NCBI RefSeq assembly: GCF_036392335.1
Contig: NZ_DASVYD010000045.1
Location: 5,254-69,253, forward strand
DNA from: Vitreimonas sp.
GTDB taxonomy: Bacteria; Pseudomonadota; Alphaproteobacteria; Caulobacterales; Aquidulcibacteraceae
Reading direction: 5' to 3'
Length of the DNA stretch: 64,000 nucleotides
This document shows positions 9,842 through 18,800 of this stretch, piece after piece. The notes under the pieces are model-generated. The model had not been told where the DNA came from. It did no database searches and worked only from the letters and a program-made list of their open reading frames with translations. Each line of letters starts with the position of its first letter. Within the stretch, counting starts at the first letter, position 1. The position numbers and the translations under genes were made by a program.

Positions 9842-9981
9842 CCAGACCTGGCGCGGCGCCGGTTTGGTTATCGGCCCTAAACGATACAAGCAGGTCTCGG
9901 GACATACGCGCGGCAGGGGTTTTGCGTGCCGGATTGATCGAATCCCGCGGCGCCGCACATGCACAGCGGCCTCCGAAGCTT

Positions 9982-10950
9982 ATGAAAGCTGGGAGAATAC
10001 AAGTGGGTTTCGCGAAACAAGTTCTGGCGACCGCCGCTGTGATCAGCGTCGTCGCCTTCGCGCCGGCGGCGTCCGCCGGCGGCACCAATCATGGCGGCGG
10101 CAATCAGTGCCACTACAATTGCAGCGGATCGCCGTCGGCCAACGCCAACGCGAACGCCAATGCCTGGGCGCAGGGCGGCAACGCCACCAACAACAACAGC
10201 ATTCGTAACGACAACTCGAACAGCAACGAGAATCGTAACGAAAATTGGAACCAGAACCAGAACCAAAACTGGAACGAGAACCGGAACGAAAACTGGAACC
10301 AGAACACCAATCAAAACTGGAACCAGAACACGAACAACAACACGAACAACAACGCCAACACCAACAACAACTCGGCTAACGCCTCGAACTCGAACACGAA
10401 CAACGCGTCGAACTCGAACACGGTGACGGCGAACGGCGGTTCGGCGACAGCGTCGAACAGCAACACCAACAGCGCTGACAATTCGAACTCGAACAATTCG
10501 AGCCAGACGGTCAACGTCAACAACAACACGCCGCGCGATCCGGTGAACACGGCGTACGCCGCCGGCCTCACCGCGGGCGAAGACACCTGCATGGGCTCAA
10601 GCTCGGTCGGTGCGCAAGGCATCAGCTTTGGTCTGTCGATCGGCACGACCTGGCGTGATCGCAACTGCCAACGCCTGAAGAACTCGCGTCAGCTGGTTGC
10701 GCTTGGCTATCACAACGCCGCCACCGCGCTGATGTGCGTGGACCCCGATGTCCGCGAAGCGATGGAAGAAGCCGGCACGCCTTGCCCGAGCCGCGCCTCG
10801 GCTCAACCGGCGGCCTTCGTGGCGCCGGCGCCGGAACCGACCCCGGTTGCGGAAGCGCCTGTGGTTGCCCCGGTCGTTGTCGCTGAAGAGCCAGCGCCCG
10901 CGCCGGCCCCGCGCCGCCACCGCCGCTTCTACGGCGAAAAGTCCAACTAA
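9982..10950 (+). CDS. secreted Asn-rich repeat protein (signal peptide, N-x array, 4-Cys domain, Pro/Ala tail); family not recognised
   Basis: Signal peptide ...VVAFAPAASA|GG. Start is either the ATG at 9982 or the GTG at 10003, which has GGGAGA 6 nt upstream. A rho-independent terminator lies directly downstream. Confidence 0.75.
   Translation: MKAGRIQVGFAKQVLATAAVISVVAFAPAASAGGTNHGGGNQCHYNCSGSPSANANANANAWAQGGNATNNNSIRNDNSNSNENRNENWNQNQNQNWNENRNENWNQNTNQNWNQNTNNNTNNNANTNNNSANASNSNTNNASNSNTVTANGGSATASNSNTNSADNSNSNNSSQTVNVNNNTPRDPVNTAYAAGLTAGEDTCMGSSSVGAQGISFGLSIGTTWRDRNCQRLKNSRQLVALGYHNAATALMCVDPDVREAMEEAGTPCPSRASAQPAAFVAPAPEPTPVAEAPVVAPVVVAEEPAPAPAPRRHRRFYGEKSN
10207..10371 (+). repeat. coding N-x dipeptide array with an 8-residue N-W-N-x-N-x-N-x periodicity
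   Basis: Read codon by codon: Asn occupies 28 consecutive alternate positions. Trp occurs 4 times at an exact 8-residue spacing. Confidence 0.9.
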
Positions 10951-10978
10951 GCCGATCCCATACCAGATCGTCTCAACG

Positions 10979-11011
10979 AAGCGGCCCCGGCAACGGGGCC
11001 GCTTTTCGTTT
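10979..11011 (+). terminator. rho-independent terminator
   Basis: AAGCGGCCCCG-GCAA-CGGGGCCGCTT followed by TTCGTTT. Confidence 0.8.
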
Positions 11012-11037
11012 GCGCGCGCCGCGGGCATAAGCGCGGC

Positions 11038-11658
11038 ATGCTGCGTATTCTGGGCCGTGTCACCTCGATCAATGTCCGCAAAGTTCTGTGGACGGCCGAC
11101 GAGCTTGGGCTGACCTACGCGCACGAGGATTGGGGTTTGCCGCTGCGCGATCCGGACGTTCCAGAATTTCGCACGCTTAATCCGAACGCGCAGGTCCCCG
11201 TCCTGATCGACGGCGATTTCGTGCTTTGGGAAAGCCACGCGATCATGCGCTATCTCGCGGAGCGTGAAGCCTCACACCTTTTGCCCGCGGATGTGCGCCA
11301 GCGTGCGATCGTCGAGCAATGGCTTGGTTGGCAGGCAAGCGACCTCAACATGTCTTGGCGCTACGCGGTGGCGGCGCGGGTGCGCCACCTGGCCGGCTAT
11401 GACGATGAAGCGCGCATCGCGGAATCGTTGAAGGAATGGACCTCGAAGATGCGCGTGCTCGATGCGCGACTGGGGGAGACAGGCGCGTACGTCGCGGGCG
11501 CCGAATTCTCGCTCGCGGACCTCGCCTTGGGGCTCTCTGCACATCGCTGGTTCGGCGGCGCGTTCGAGCGGCCGGACTTGACGCATGTCAGCGCGTATTA
11601 CGAGCGCGTGCGGGCGCGGCCCGCGGCGCTGGCCCATTTTTCCGCGGCGACACCCTGA
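11038..11658 (+). CDS. glutathione S-transferase family protein
   Basis: N-terminal thioredoxin-like GST fold (NPNAQVPVLIDGDFVLWESHAIMRYL). Confidence 0.85.
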   Translation: MLRILGRVTSINVRKVLWTADELGLTYAHEDWGLPLRDPDVPEFRTLNPNAQVPVLIDGDFVLWESHAIMRYLAEREASHLLPADVRQRAIVEQWLGWQASDLNMSWRYAVAARVRHLAGYDDEARIAESLKEWTSKMRVLDARLGETGAYVAGAEFSLADLALGLSAHRWFGGAFERPDLTHVSAYYERVRARPAALAHFSAATP

Positions 11659-11730
11659 GCGGCGCCGTCCGGCGTTGACGGGGGCGCCGGGCAGGGCGCT
11701 AATGCCCGCAGATTGCGGGGGAGCGCTTTC

Positions 11731-13209
11731 ATGGTTCGATTGATTGTGGCGGGCTTGGCCGTCGTGTTGTTGGCGGTCGCCGGGTTTGTCGGCTACCGCA
11801 CCATGTCGTTCACCGCGCCCCCGCCGCCGGCCGAGACGGCGATCCCCGCGACAGGCGCGTATGAAATCGACGTGAGCGCGGCCGCGCAGCATGTCGCTCA
11901 AGCTATTCAATTTCCGACCGTCTCGTTGGTGAGTGTCGAGGAAGACCGCACGCCTTTCCTCAATCTGCATGCGTGGCTGCAACAGACGTATCCTGCGCTC
12001 CATGCCGTGGCGCGGCGCGAACTGATCAACGAGCTCTCGCTGCTCTACACGTGGGAGGGCTCCGATCCGGCGCAGCCGCCCATCGTGCTCTTGGCGCACC
12101 AAGACGTGGTGCCCGTGCCCGACGATACGCGCGCGGCGTGGCGCGTCGATCCGTTTGGCGGCGTCATCCAAGAGGACGCCGTGTGGGGGCGCGGCGCCAT
12201 CGACGATAAGGGCTCGCTGGTCACGCTGATGGAGGCGGCCGAGTTTCTGGCGCGGCAAGGGCGTCAGCCGCGACGCACGATCATCTTTGCATTCGGTCAC
12301 GACGAGGAGATCGGCGGCGACGACGGCGCGATTGCGATGGCCGAAGCGCTGAAGGCGCGCGGCGTGCGCGCCTGGTTCGTGCTTGATGAGGGCATGGCCG
12401 CGATCGACAATCATCCGCTCACAGGCGGTCCCGCATCGATGATCGGCATCGCCGAGCGCGGCTTCGGCACGTTGCGTGTGCACGCCACGGGACAGCCGGG
12501 GCATTCCTCGATGCCGCCGCCGGAGACGGCGGTGTCTTCGGTCGCGGAAGCGGTGGTGCGTATTCACGACATGCCGATCGAGCAGCGGCTCGAAGGCGGC
12601 CCGGCCTTGGAGATGATGCGGGCGCTCGCGCCGGAGCTTTCACTCACCAATCGCATGGCGGTGTCGAACGAATGGCTGTTCGGGCCGATGCTGCGTGCGC
12701 GCATGTCGGAGAATCCCACGGCGCGGGCGTTGCTCGGGACAACGCAGGCGCCGACCATGATCAACGGCGGCGTACGGCCGAACGTGCTGCCGGCGGAAGC
12801 GACCGCCATGATCAATTTCCGCTTTCACCCGCGCGATCCCGCCGCCGATATCTTGCAGCGCGCCCGCGCCGAAGTGGCTGATATCGAAGGCGTCGATGTC
12901 GATTGGGCGGAGCCGCCGCGCGAGGCGACGGCGATGTCGAGCACGACGAGCAGCTCCTATGCGCTGCTGGCGGCGCTGTCGCGCGATATCCTGCCGGATG
13001 CGCCGGTGGCGCCGGGCCTAGTACTCGCCGGTACGGATTCACGGCACTATTCGGAAGTGGCGGAGAATGTTTATCGCTTCCAGCCGATGCTGTTCTCGAC
13101 GGAAGACCTTGAAGGTATTCACGGCACGAATGAACGCCTGACGCTGGCCAATCTTGAGCGTACGGTGCGGTTCTATATTGGCTTGATGGAAGCAGGAGCG
13201 ATGCAATGA
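11731..13209 (+). CDS. M20/M25/M40 family metallopeptidase with an N-terminal membrane anchor
   Basis: Motifs HQDVVP, GRGAIDDKG and GHDEE. GGGGGAG lies upstream of the ATG at 11731. Confidence 0.85.
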   Translation: MVRLIVAGLAVVLLAVAGFVGYRTMSFTAPPPPAETAIPATGAYEIDVSAAAQHVAQAIQFPTVSLVSVEEDRTPFLNLHAWLQQTYPALHAVARRELINELSLLYTWEGSDPAQPPIVLLAHQDVVPVPDDTRAAWRVDPFGGVIQEDAVWGRGAIDDKGSLVTLMEAAEFLARQGRQPRRTIIFAFGHDEEIGGDDGAIAMAEALKARGVRAWFVLDEGMAAIDNHPLTGGPASMIGIAERGFGTLRVHATGQPGHSSMPPPETAVSSVAEAVVRIHDMPIEQRLEGGPALEMMRALAPELSLTNRMAVSNEWLFGPMLRARMSENPTARALLGTTQAPTMINGGVRPNVLPAEATAMINFRFHPRDPAADILQRARAEVADIEGVDVDWAEPPREATAMSSTTSSSYALLAALSRDILPDAPVAPGLVLAGTDSRHYSEVAENVYRFQPMLFSTEDLEGIHGTNERLTLANLERTVRFYIGLMEAGAMQ

Positions 13210-13655
13210 TCCGCGTTTTGCTGATGGCGGCGGCTTTGGCTGCGTGCACGCCGGCGCAGGAAGCCAAAGAGGAGGCGGCGCCCGTGACCAATCAAGCCGT
13301 GCCCGCGCCGACGCCGGAGGATGTCACGGTGCGCATCACGGCTGCGCAGGCGGGGCAGACGATCGAGGTGGGCGTGAACCAGCGCTTCGCTGTGGAGCTC
13401 GTGGGCGTGCCGACGGCTGGCTATGTGTGGACGCCCGCGCAGCTGCCAGCGTTCGTGACGCGAGCGGGCGAGGCGTCGGGCAATACGACGCAAGCGCAGA
13501 GCCAACCGGGTTTCGTCGGCGGCAATCATTGGGAAGTGCTGATGTTCGTCGCCACCGCGTCGGGAACGGGCGAGTTGGTGCTGGAACAGCGGCGGCCCTG
13601 GGAAAGCAATGAGCCCGCGGCCGACGTGTTCCGCGTTACGATCGTCGCGCGCTGA
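13206..13655 (+). CDS. chagasin-family (I42) peptidase inhibitor lipoprotein
   Basis: Lipobox LAAC; VGVPTAGYVWTP and GELVLEQRRPWE resemble I42. ATGA overlap with the upstream M20 gene. Confidence 0.75.
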   Translation: MIRVLLMAAALAACTPAQEAKEEAAPVTNQAVPAPTPEDVTVRITAAQAGQTIEVGVNQRFAVELVGVPTAGYVWTPAQLPAFVTRAGEASGNTTQAQSQPGFVGGNHWEVLMFVATASGTGELVLEQRRPWESNEPAADVFRVTIVAR

Positions 13656-14091
13656 GCTGGGATTTGACGCCAGTCCCGAGCGCGCCGCTGGCGAGTATCG
13701 GGATGAGGAAGGTGACGAGAAAGCCGGTGTTCGAAACCGCATTCAACGGCCAACCTGACGCCACCGAGATGACTGAATCGATGAGGTACCAAGTCACGAT
13801 TGCGATCGTGAGGCCGCGCCAGGCCGGTGCGCCAATCTGATCGGCTGCGGCCACGAGGGCGAACACAGTCATGGCCCAGCCCATCATCACCGCGCCGAGC
13901 AGTGCGGCGGTGAAGCGCACCTCTTCGCCATAAGGGCTTACACCATCAATCGGCCAAGCGACGGCATCGTAGAACAGCCGCACGCCGCCGTCCGCATCAG
14001 GGATCGCCCCCAGGGCGAAGATGGCGCCGACGCCGAGGACCGCCCAGCACCAAACCTGCATCCAGTGTTTCCATATGCCTTGCATGGCCAA
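13636..14091 (-). CDS. membrane protein, 4 TM helices, function unknown
   Basis: Hydrophobic and Trp-rich with good coding composition. The 3' end overlaps the I42 gene by 20 nt (convergent). Confidence 0.6.
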   Translation of the reverse strand: MAMQGIWKHWMQVWCWAVLGVGAIFALGAIPDADGGVRLFYDAVAWPIDGVSPYGEEVRFTAALLGAVMMGWAMTVFALVAAADQIGAPAWRGLTIAIVTWYLIDSVISVASGWPLNAVSNTGFLVTFLIPILASGALGTGVKSQLSARRS

Positions 14092-14198
14092 ATTCCGTGT
14101 TTGATGGCCTGAGACTCAATGCGGTGGCGGCGCGGGCCAATTCCCTTCCAGGTAATGGAGCACTGGGCCAACATCTGGCCGCGTGCTAGGCCCTGGGC

Positions 14199-14423
14199 AT
14201 GTTGTTGCTCCAATTGCTGCTCTATCTGGCGGCCGTCGCGGGCGTCGTGGTCGGGTCGCTGGGCGCGATCTTTTTCGCCGGTGGGGCGCTGAATCGAGCG
14301 CGGGCGCGTGAATACAGGGTAAGGCGGGCTATTTACGCCGCGCTTTGCGTGTGCGGGATCGTCGCATCGGCGGCGCTGGGCTTTGTCGGCATCGCCGCGA
14401 TCGTGTATTTCGCTCAACAATGA
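14199..14423 (+). CDS. small 2-TM membrane protein
   Basis: 74 aa with two hydrophobic segments. Stop overlaps the Rieske gene start (ATGA). Confidence 0.5.
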   Translation: MLLLQLLLYLAAVAGVVVGSLGAIFFAGGALNRARAREYRVRRAIYAALCVCGIVASAALGFVGIAAIVYFAQQ

Positions 14424-15478
14424 GCGACCTTCTCCGAGACCTTTGGTATTTCGCCGCGACCTCGAAAGAGCTGAAGCGCGGCAAGATGTTTCGCCGCGAA
14501 ATCCTGGGCGAGCCGATCGTGCTGGGGCGCGACGAGGAGGGGCGTGCGTTTGCGTTGCGCGATATTTGCCCGCACCGCGCCGTGCCGCTCTCTTCCGGCA
14601 AGATCGAAGCGACCAATGGCGTGCAGACGGTGGAATGCCCTTATCACGGCTGGCGCTTCGGCACGCAGGATGGCGTGTGCAAGCAGATCCCGTCGCTCGT
14701 GGAAGGCCAGCCTTACGAGGCCAGCCGCATTCGCGTGCGCAATTTCCCGACGCATGAGGCCAACGGCATCGTGCTCGTGTTCGTTGCCGCCGATCCGCGT
14801 TTCGCGGGCGAGCCGCCGCCGGCGCCGGACTTTGGCTTGGGCGATTTGGTCGAGCCGAAATTCGTCATCCATCGCGTCTTCGCGGCGAGCATGGACAATG
14901 CGGTGGTGGGGCTGATGGACCCCGCGCACGTGCCGTACGTGCATAATCAATGGTGGTGGCGCCCGCCGAGCGCGGGCAAGAAGCTCAAGCAAAAGCGCTT
15001 CGTGCCGCGCGAGCGCGGCTGGGCGATCGAACGCCATGCGCCGAGTGGTAATTCGCTTGCGTATCGCGCGCTGTTTGGCGGCGAGGTGACCACCGAGATT
15101 TGCTTCATGCTGCCGGGCTTCCGCTGGGAAGTGGTGGACAATCCAACCTCGCGCCTGTTCACGCTGACCTGTCTCACGCCGGAGAATGAAAACTCCACGC
15201 GCATCACGCAAGTGACGTATTGGAAGAACGCGCCGTTGCTTGATGTGATGAAGCCGATCCTCATTCCGGCGGGGCGTGAGTTCTTGGATCAGGACGGCCG
15301 CATGGTCGATCTGCAGAATACTGGGCTTGCCTATTCGCCGGCGATGCTTTGGATCGACGATATCGACGTGCAGGCCAAATGGTATCTGAAGCTCAAGCGC
15401 GAGTGGACGAAGAGCCGCGAAGAGAAGCGCGATTTCGTCAATCCGATTGAGCCGACCACGCTGCAGTGGATGAGTTAA
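14420..15478 (+). CDS. Rieske [2Fe-2S] non-haem iron oxygenase (PaO/Tic55-like alpha subunit)
   Basis: Rieske motif CPHRAVPL...CPYHGWRF. Start taken at MSDLLRDLWYF. Confidence 0.85.
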   Translation: MSDLLRDLWYFAATSKELKRGKMFRREILGEPIVLGRDEEGRAFALRDICPHRAVPLSSGKIEATNGVQTVECPYHGWRFGTQDGVCKQIPSLVEGQPYEASRIRVRNFPTHEANGIVLVFVAADPRFAGEPPPAPDFGLGDLVEPKFVIHRVFAASMDNAVVGLMDPAHVPYVHNQWWWRPPSAGKKLKQKRFVPRERGWAIERHAPSGNSLAYRALFGGEVTTEICFMLPGFRWEVVDNPTSRLFTLTCLTPENENSTRITQVTYWKNAPLLDVMKPILIPAGREFLDQDGRMVDLQNTGLAYSPAMLWIDDIDVQAKWYLKLKREWTKSREEKRDFVNPIEPTTLQWMS

Positions 15479-15910
15479 TCAGCGCGGCGCCAGCACCACC
15501 GGAATCGTGATCTCGCGCGGGGTTGCGCCTTCGCCGGGCATGTCTTCCTGCAGGACGAGTGTTACGGGCGTGTCTTGTGTGACGCGGAACGTTAGTTCGC
15601 CACGGAACGGCACCGGCGCCTCCGTCATCCAATCGCTCTGGGCGCGCGCGGGCGCTTCCGCAAGCAGCGTGCCGTCGGCGGTGCGCAACTGAAGCGGAAA
15701 CTGTGCTTCGAAGTACCAATCACCGGGCGCTGTGCCTTCAACGATGAGCGGGTTTGTGACGCGCGCGTCTGCGCGCGGGGCCGTGACGTTGATGGCAGGC
15801 GCTTCGACGATCGCAGCGGACGGCGCAGGTTCGGGCGAGGGCGGCGGCGCGGGTTGTGAGCAGGCGGCGAGCGCGAGAGCCAGGAACAACGAAGTGCGAC
15901 GCATACGCAT
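15479..15910 (-). CDS. lipoprotein with a Gmad2-like immunoglobulin-like domain
   Basis: Signal/lipobox LALALAAC. NPLIVEGTAPGDWYFEAQFPLQL...DWMTEAPVPFRGELTF pattern. Confidence 0.65.
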   Translation of the reverse strand: MRMRRTSLFLALALAACSQPAPPPSPEPAPSAAIVEAPAINVTAPRADARVTNPLIVEGTAPGDWYFEAQFPLQLRTADGTLLAEAPARAQSDWMTEAPVPFRGELTFRVTQDTPVTLVLQEDMPGEGATPREITIPVVLAPR

Positions 15911-15974
15911 TCTCCAAGATTCCTGTTTATCGAAGCGGGGGATGGCGGCAACAAGGCGGCGATAGGAGCCTCGC

Positions 15975-16673
15975 ATGCCGCCGATTCTGCATACGGAACG
16001 TCATTTGCTCGACCGCGTGGGTTGGTTGCGCGCCGCGGTGCTGGGCGCAAATGACGGCATCGTTTCAACGGCGAGCTTGATTGTGGGTGTGGCGGCGGCG
16101 TCCGCAACGCGCGAGCCGATCCTGATCGCGGGCGTCGCTGGCCTGGTGGCGGGCGCGATGTCGATGGCGGCAGGCGAGTTTGTTTCCGTTAGTTCGCAAG
16201 CCGACACCGAGAAGGCCGATCTCGCGCGTGAGCGGCGCGAACTTGCGACAGATCCCGAATTCGAGCTTGAAGAGCTGACGCAGATTTACGTGAGCCGTGG
16301 CGTGGAGCCGGCGCTGGCGCGGCAAGTGGCGCAGCAGATGACGGCGAAGGATGCGCTGGGGGCGCATGCGCGCGATGAATTGGGCATCTCGTTGGCGACG
16401 CAAGCGCGGCCGGTGCAAGCGGCCGCTGCATCAGCGGCGTCCTTTGGCATTGGCGCGGCGATGCCGCTCGCGATCGCCTGGCTGGCGCCGCTCGCGCAGC
16501 TCGGCTGGATCGTCTCGATCGCGTCGCTTGTGTTCTTGGCGGCGCTCGGTGTGTGGAGCGCGCGAGCCGGCGGCGCGCATGTGGGCCGGGCGGTGTCGCG
16601 CGTTGTGTTTTGGGGCGCGTTCGCGATGGCGGCGACGGCGTTGATCGGTTCGCTGTTCGGCACGAGCGTGTAA
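15975..16673 (+). CDS. VIT1/CCC1 family iron/manganese transporter
   Basis: GANDGIVSTASLIVGVA and SMAAGEFVSVSSQ motifs. AGGAG SD. Confidence 0.85.
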   Translation: MPPILHTERHLLDRVGWLRAAVLGANDGIVSTASLIVGVAAASATREPILIAGVAGLVAGAMSMAAGEFVSVSSQADTEKADLARERRELATDPEFELEELTQIYVSRGVEPALARQVAQQMTAKDALGAHARDELGISLATQARPVQAAAASAASFGIGAAMPLAIAWLAPLAQLGWIVSIASLVFLAALGVWSARAGGAHVGRAVSRVVFWGAFAMAATALIGSLFGTSV

Positions 16674-16680
16674 AGCAAAA

Positions 16681-16704
16681 CGGGCGCGCCTTGCGACGCG
16701 CCCG
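16681..16704 (-). terminator. hairpin terminator between convergent genes; U-tract on the MCP strand
   Basis: CGGGCGCG-8 nt-CGCGCCCG. On the minus strand it is followed by TTTTGCTTTA. Confidence 0.6.
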
Positions 16705-16728
16705 CTGAATTGCTTGTCGCGTTGAGGT

Positions 16729-18555
16729 TTACGCTGCGTGGCGCTTGCCGTGCGCCGGGGCCCCGGTGTTGACCTTGAACTGACCGACCAAGCGGCCAAG
16801 GTCGTTGGCGTCGTCGGCGAGCGAGCGGCTGGCTGCGGTGGTTTCTTCCACCATCGCCGCGTTTTGCTGGGTGACCTGGTCCATCTGGTTGATGGCGGTG
16901 TTCACTTCGCCGAGGCCCAGCGATTGCTCACGGGCCGAGGCGGCGATTTCCGACACGAGGCCGTTGATCTCGGTGACCTTGGCGACGATCGAGGAGATGG
17001 CTTCACCCGCATTGTTGATGCGTTCGACGCCAGTCTCGACCTGTTCGCTGCTGGTGGAGATGAGGCCCTTGATCTCCTTGGCGGCGTCGGCGGAGCGTTG
17101 CGCCAGCGCACGCACTTCCGAGGCGACGACCGCGAAACCGCGGCCGGCTTCGCCCGCGCGCGCGGCTTCGACGCCGGCGTTGAGGGCGAGAAGGTTGGTT
17201 TGGAAGGCGATCTCGTCGATCACGCCGATGATCTGGCTGATCTGGCGTGAGCTTTGCTCGATCTCGGTCATCGCCCGGACGGCGTCGCCGACGATCTCAC
17301 CGGTGCGTTCTGCTTCGTTGCGCGCCTCTTCCACGGTGGCGTTGGCGTGCGATGCGCCGGCGGCGGTCTTGGACACGGCGGCGGTGATTTGATCCAGCGC
17401 GGCGGCGGTTTCCTCAAGCGACGCGGCTTGTGTTTCGGTGCGGCGCGACAGGTCGTCGGCGGCGCGGCTGATCTCATTGGTGCCGCTCGTGATGGAGAGC
17501 GTCGAATTCGCCACCAGCGCCATGGCTTCGTGCAATTGGCGGATGGCGGCGTTGAAATCGTCGCGCAGCTTCAAATAGCGACCGGCGAAGTCATTGGTGA
17601 CTTGGCAGGTGAGATCGCCGCGGGCGACGCGCTCCAGCGCGCCGGCAAGGGCGTCGACGACTTCCGTCTGCTCTTTTTCGGCGGCGGCGCGGATCGCGTC
17701 GTTGCGGGCGCGTTCCTCGGCGGCGAGCGCTTCCATGCGCACTTTCTCGGCGGCTGCCTTGTCGAGCGCGATGGCGGCGTCTTTGAAGACCTGCACCGCT
17801 TCGGCCATTTCGCCGACTTCGTCCTTTTGGCCAACGGCCGGCACGACGATGGTCTTATCGCCATCCGCGAGGCGGCGCATCGCATCCGTCATTTGATTGA
17901 CGGGGCGGGCGATCATGCGCGTCAGCAGCATGCCGATCGCGGCGGACAGCAGCGCGGAGAAGAGCAAACCGCCCACCAGAACCATCGCGACCATGTTGGC
18001 GGCGGACGCCGACTCGACGTTGAGCCGATCCAGCTGCGCTTGCTCAGCCGCAAGCAGGGCGTCGATGCCTTCCTCGGCCGGTGCAATCAGTTGATCGGCT
18101 GTGCCGTTGTTGCCGACGAGCGAACTGGCTTGGCTATAGGTGGCGGGATCGCGGACCAATTGCGTGACCTGCGGGACGATGCCGTCGTACCAAAGATCGG
18201 CGGCGCGCTCGACTTCGTCGACCAGGGCGAGCTGCTCCGGCTCGCCCGCGGCGAGTTCGCGAATATTATTGAGCGCGTCCTTGAACTTGCCGCGATGGCT
18301 CTCGACACGTTCCAGGTAGTATTCGTCTTGGCTGATGATCCAGCCGCGGATCGAGTTCTCTTGGCGGGCAAGGCGGAATTGCGCGTCGAACACGGCCTGC
18401 ATTGTGGCGTTGGCCCGCGTGCTTTCGTCGCGCGCTTCGTTCATGGTGTTGATGTTGAGTAGCGAGACGCCGCCCGTAGCGGCAATTACGGCAACCACCG
18501 CGGAAAACCCGAGTAACAGCTTCCGCGAAATCTTGAGGTTGTTCAAATTCAACAT
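16729..18555 (-). CDS. methyl-accepting chemotaxis protein
   Basis: Conserved signalling hairpin [39 protein letters not shown] region and 2 TM helices. Start taken at [12 protein letters not shown]. Confidence 0.9.
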   Translation of the reverse strand: MLNLNNLKISRKLLLGFSAVVAVIAATGGVSLLNINTMNEARDESTRANATMQAVFDAQFRLARQENSIRGWIISQDEYYLERVESHRGKFKDALNNIRELAAGEPEQLALVDEVERAADLWYDGIVPQVTQLVRDPATYSQASSLVGNNGTADQLIAPAEEGIDALLAAEQAQLDRLNVESASAANMVAMVLVGGLLFSALLSAAIGMLLTRMIARPVNQMTDAMRRLADGDKTIVVPAVGQKDEVGEMAEAVQVFKDAAIALDKAAAEKVRMEALAAEERARNDAIRAAAEKEQTEVVDALAGALERVARGDLTCQVTNDFAGRYLKLRDDFNAAIRQLHEAMALVANSTLSITSGTNEISRAADDLSRRTETQAASLEETAAALDQITAAVSKTAAGASHANATVEEARNEAERTGEIVGDAVRAMTEIEQSSRQISQIIGVIDEIAFQTNLLALNAGVEAARAGEAGRGFAVVASEVRALAQRSADAAKEIKGLISTSSEQVETGVERINNAGEAISSIVAKVTEINGLVSEIAASAREQSLGLGEVNTAINQMDQVTQQNAAMVEETTAASRSLADDANDLGRLVGQFKVNTGAPAHGKRHAA

Positions 18556-18574
18556 CGCGTCGGTCCCCATAGTG

Positions 18575-18590
18575 GTGTGACTCTTCACAC
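18575..18590. promoter_or_regulatory. palindrome GTGTGA-CTCT-TCACAC in the MCP/porin divergent region
   Basis: 6-bp perfect arms seen directly. Function unknown. Confidence 0.25.
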
Positions 18591-18800
18591 AAGGACTTGC
18601 CGCAGAGGCATTAAGCATGTCTGACCATGGCTGCGATTGTCGGAAAGCTGCCGAACGATTCTTCGCGCCGTAACGGGGCGGCTGTGGCGGGGCCTGCGCA
18701 AACTTCGCTTTCATGCACTTTCGGCAATGTCTGGTTAACCAGCTTAGCGCAGCCATTTCCGCACGAGGATTTACCAAGAATCCCTTGGAGGGCTGGGCAT

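Noticed and set aside
9925-9955. tRNA-like T-arm (GGATT-GATCG-AATCC)
   Set aside because: The loop is 5 nt, not 7. There is no acceptor, D or anticodon arm around it.
10091-10664. Alternative-frame or antisense ORFs across the Asn array (TRTRTKTGTRT..., FWFQFSFRFSF..., 10311-10664 minus)
   Set aside because: They are mirror products of the AAC-NNN periodicity. Only the N-rich frame has a signal peptide, an SD and a terminator.
15911-15974. Irr/ICE-box or Mn riboswitch upstream of the VIT1/CCC1 transporter
   Set aside because: The 64-bp spacer has no TTTAGAA-N3-TTCTAAA-like element and is too short for a yybP-ykoY riboswitch.
18575-18590. CRP/FNR binding site
   Set aside because: The half-sites match TGTGA/TCACA, but the spacer is 4 nt instead of 6. 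It is kept only as a generic palindrome.
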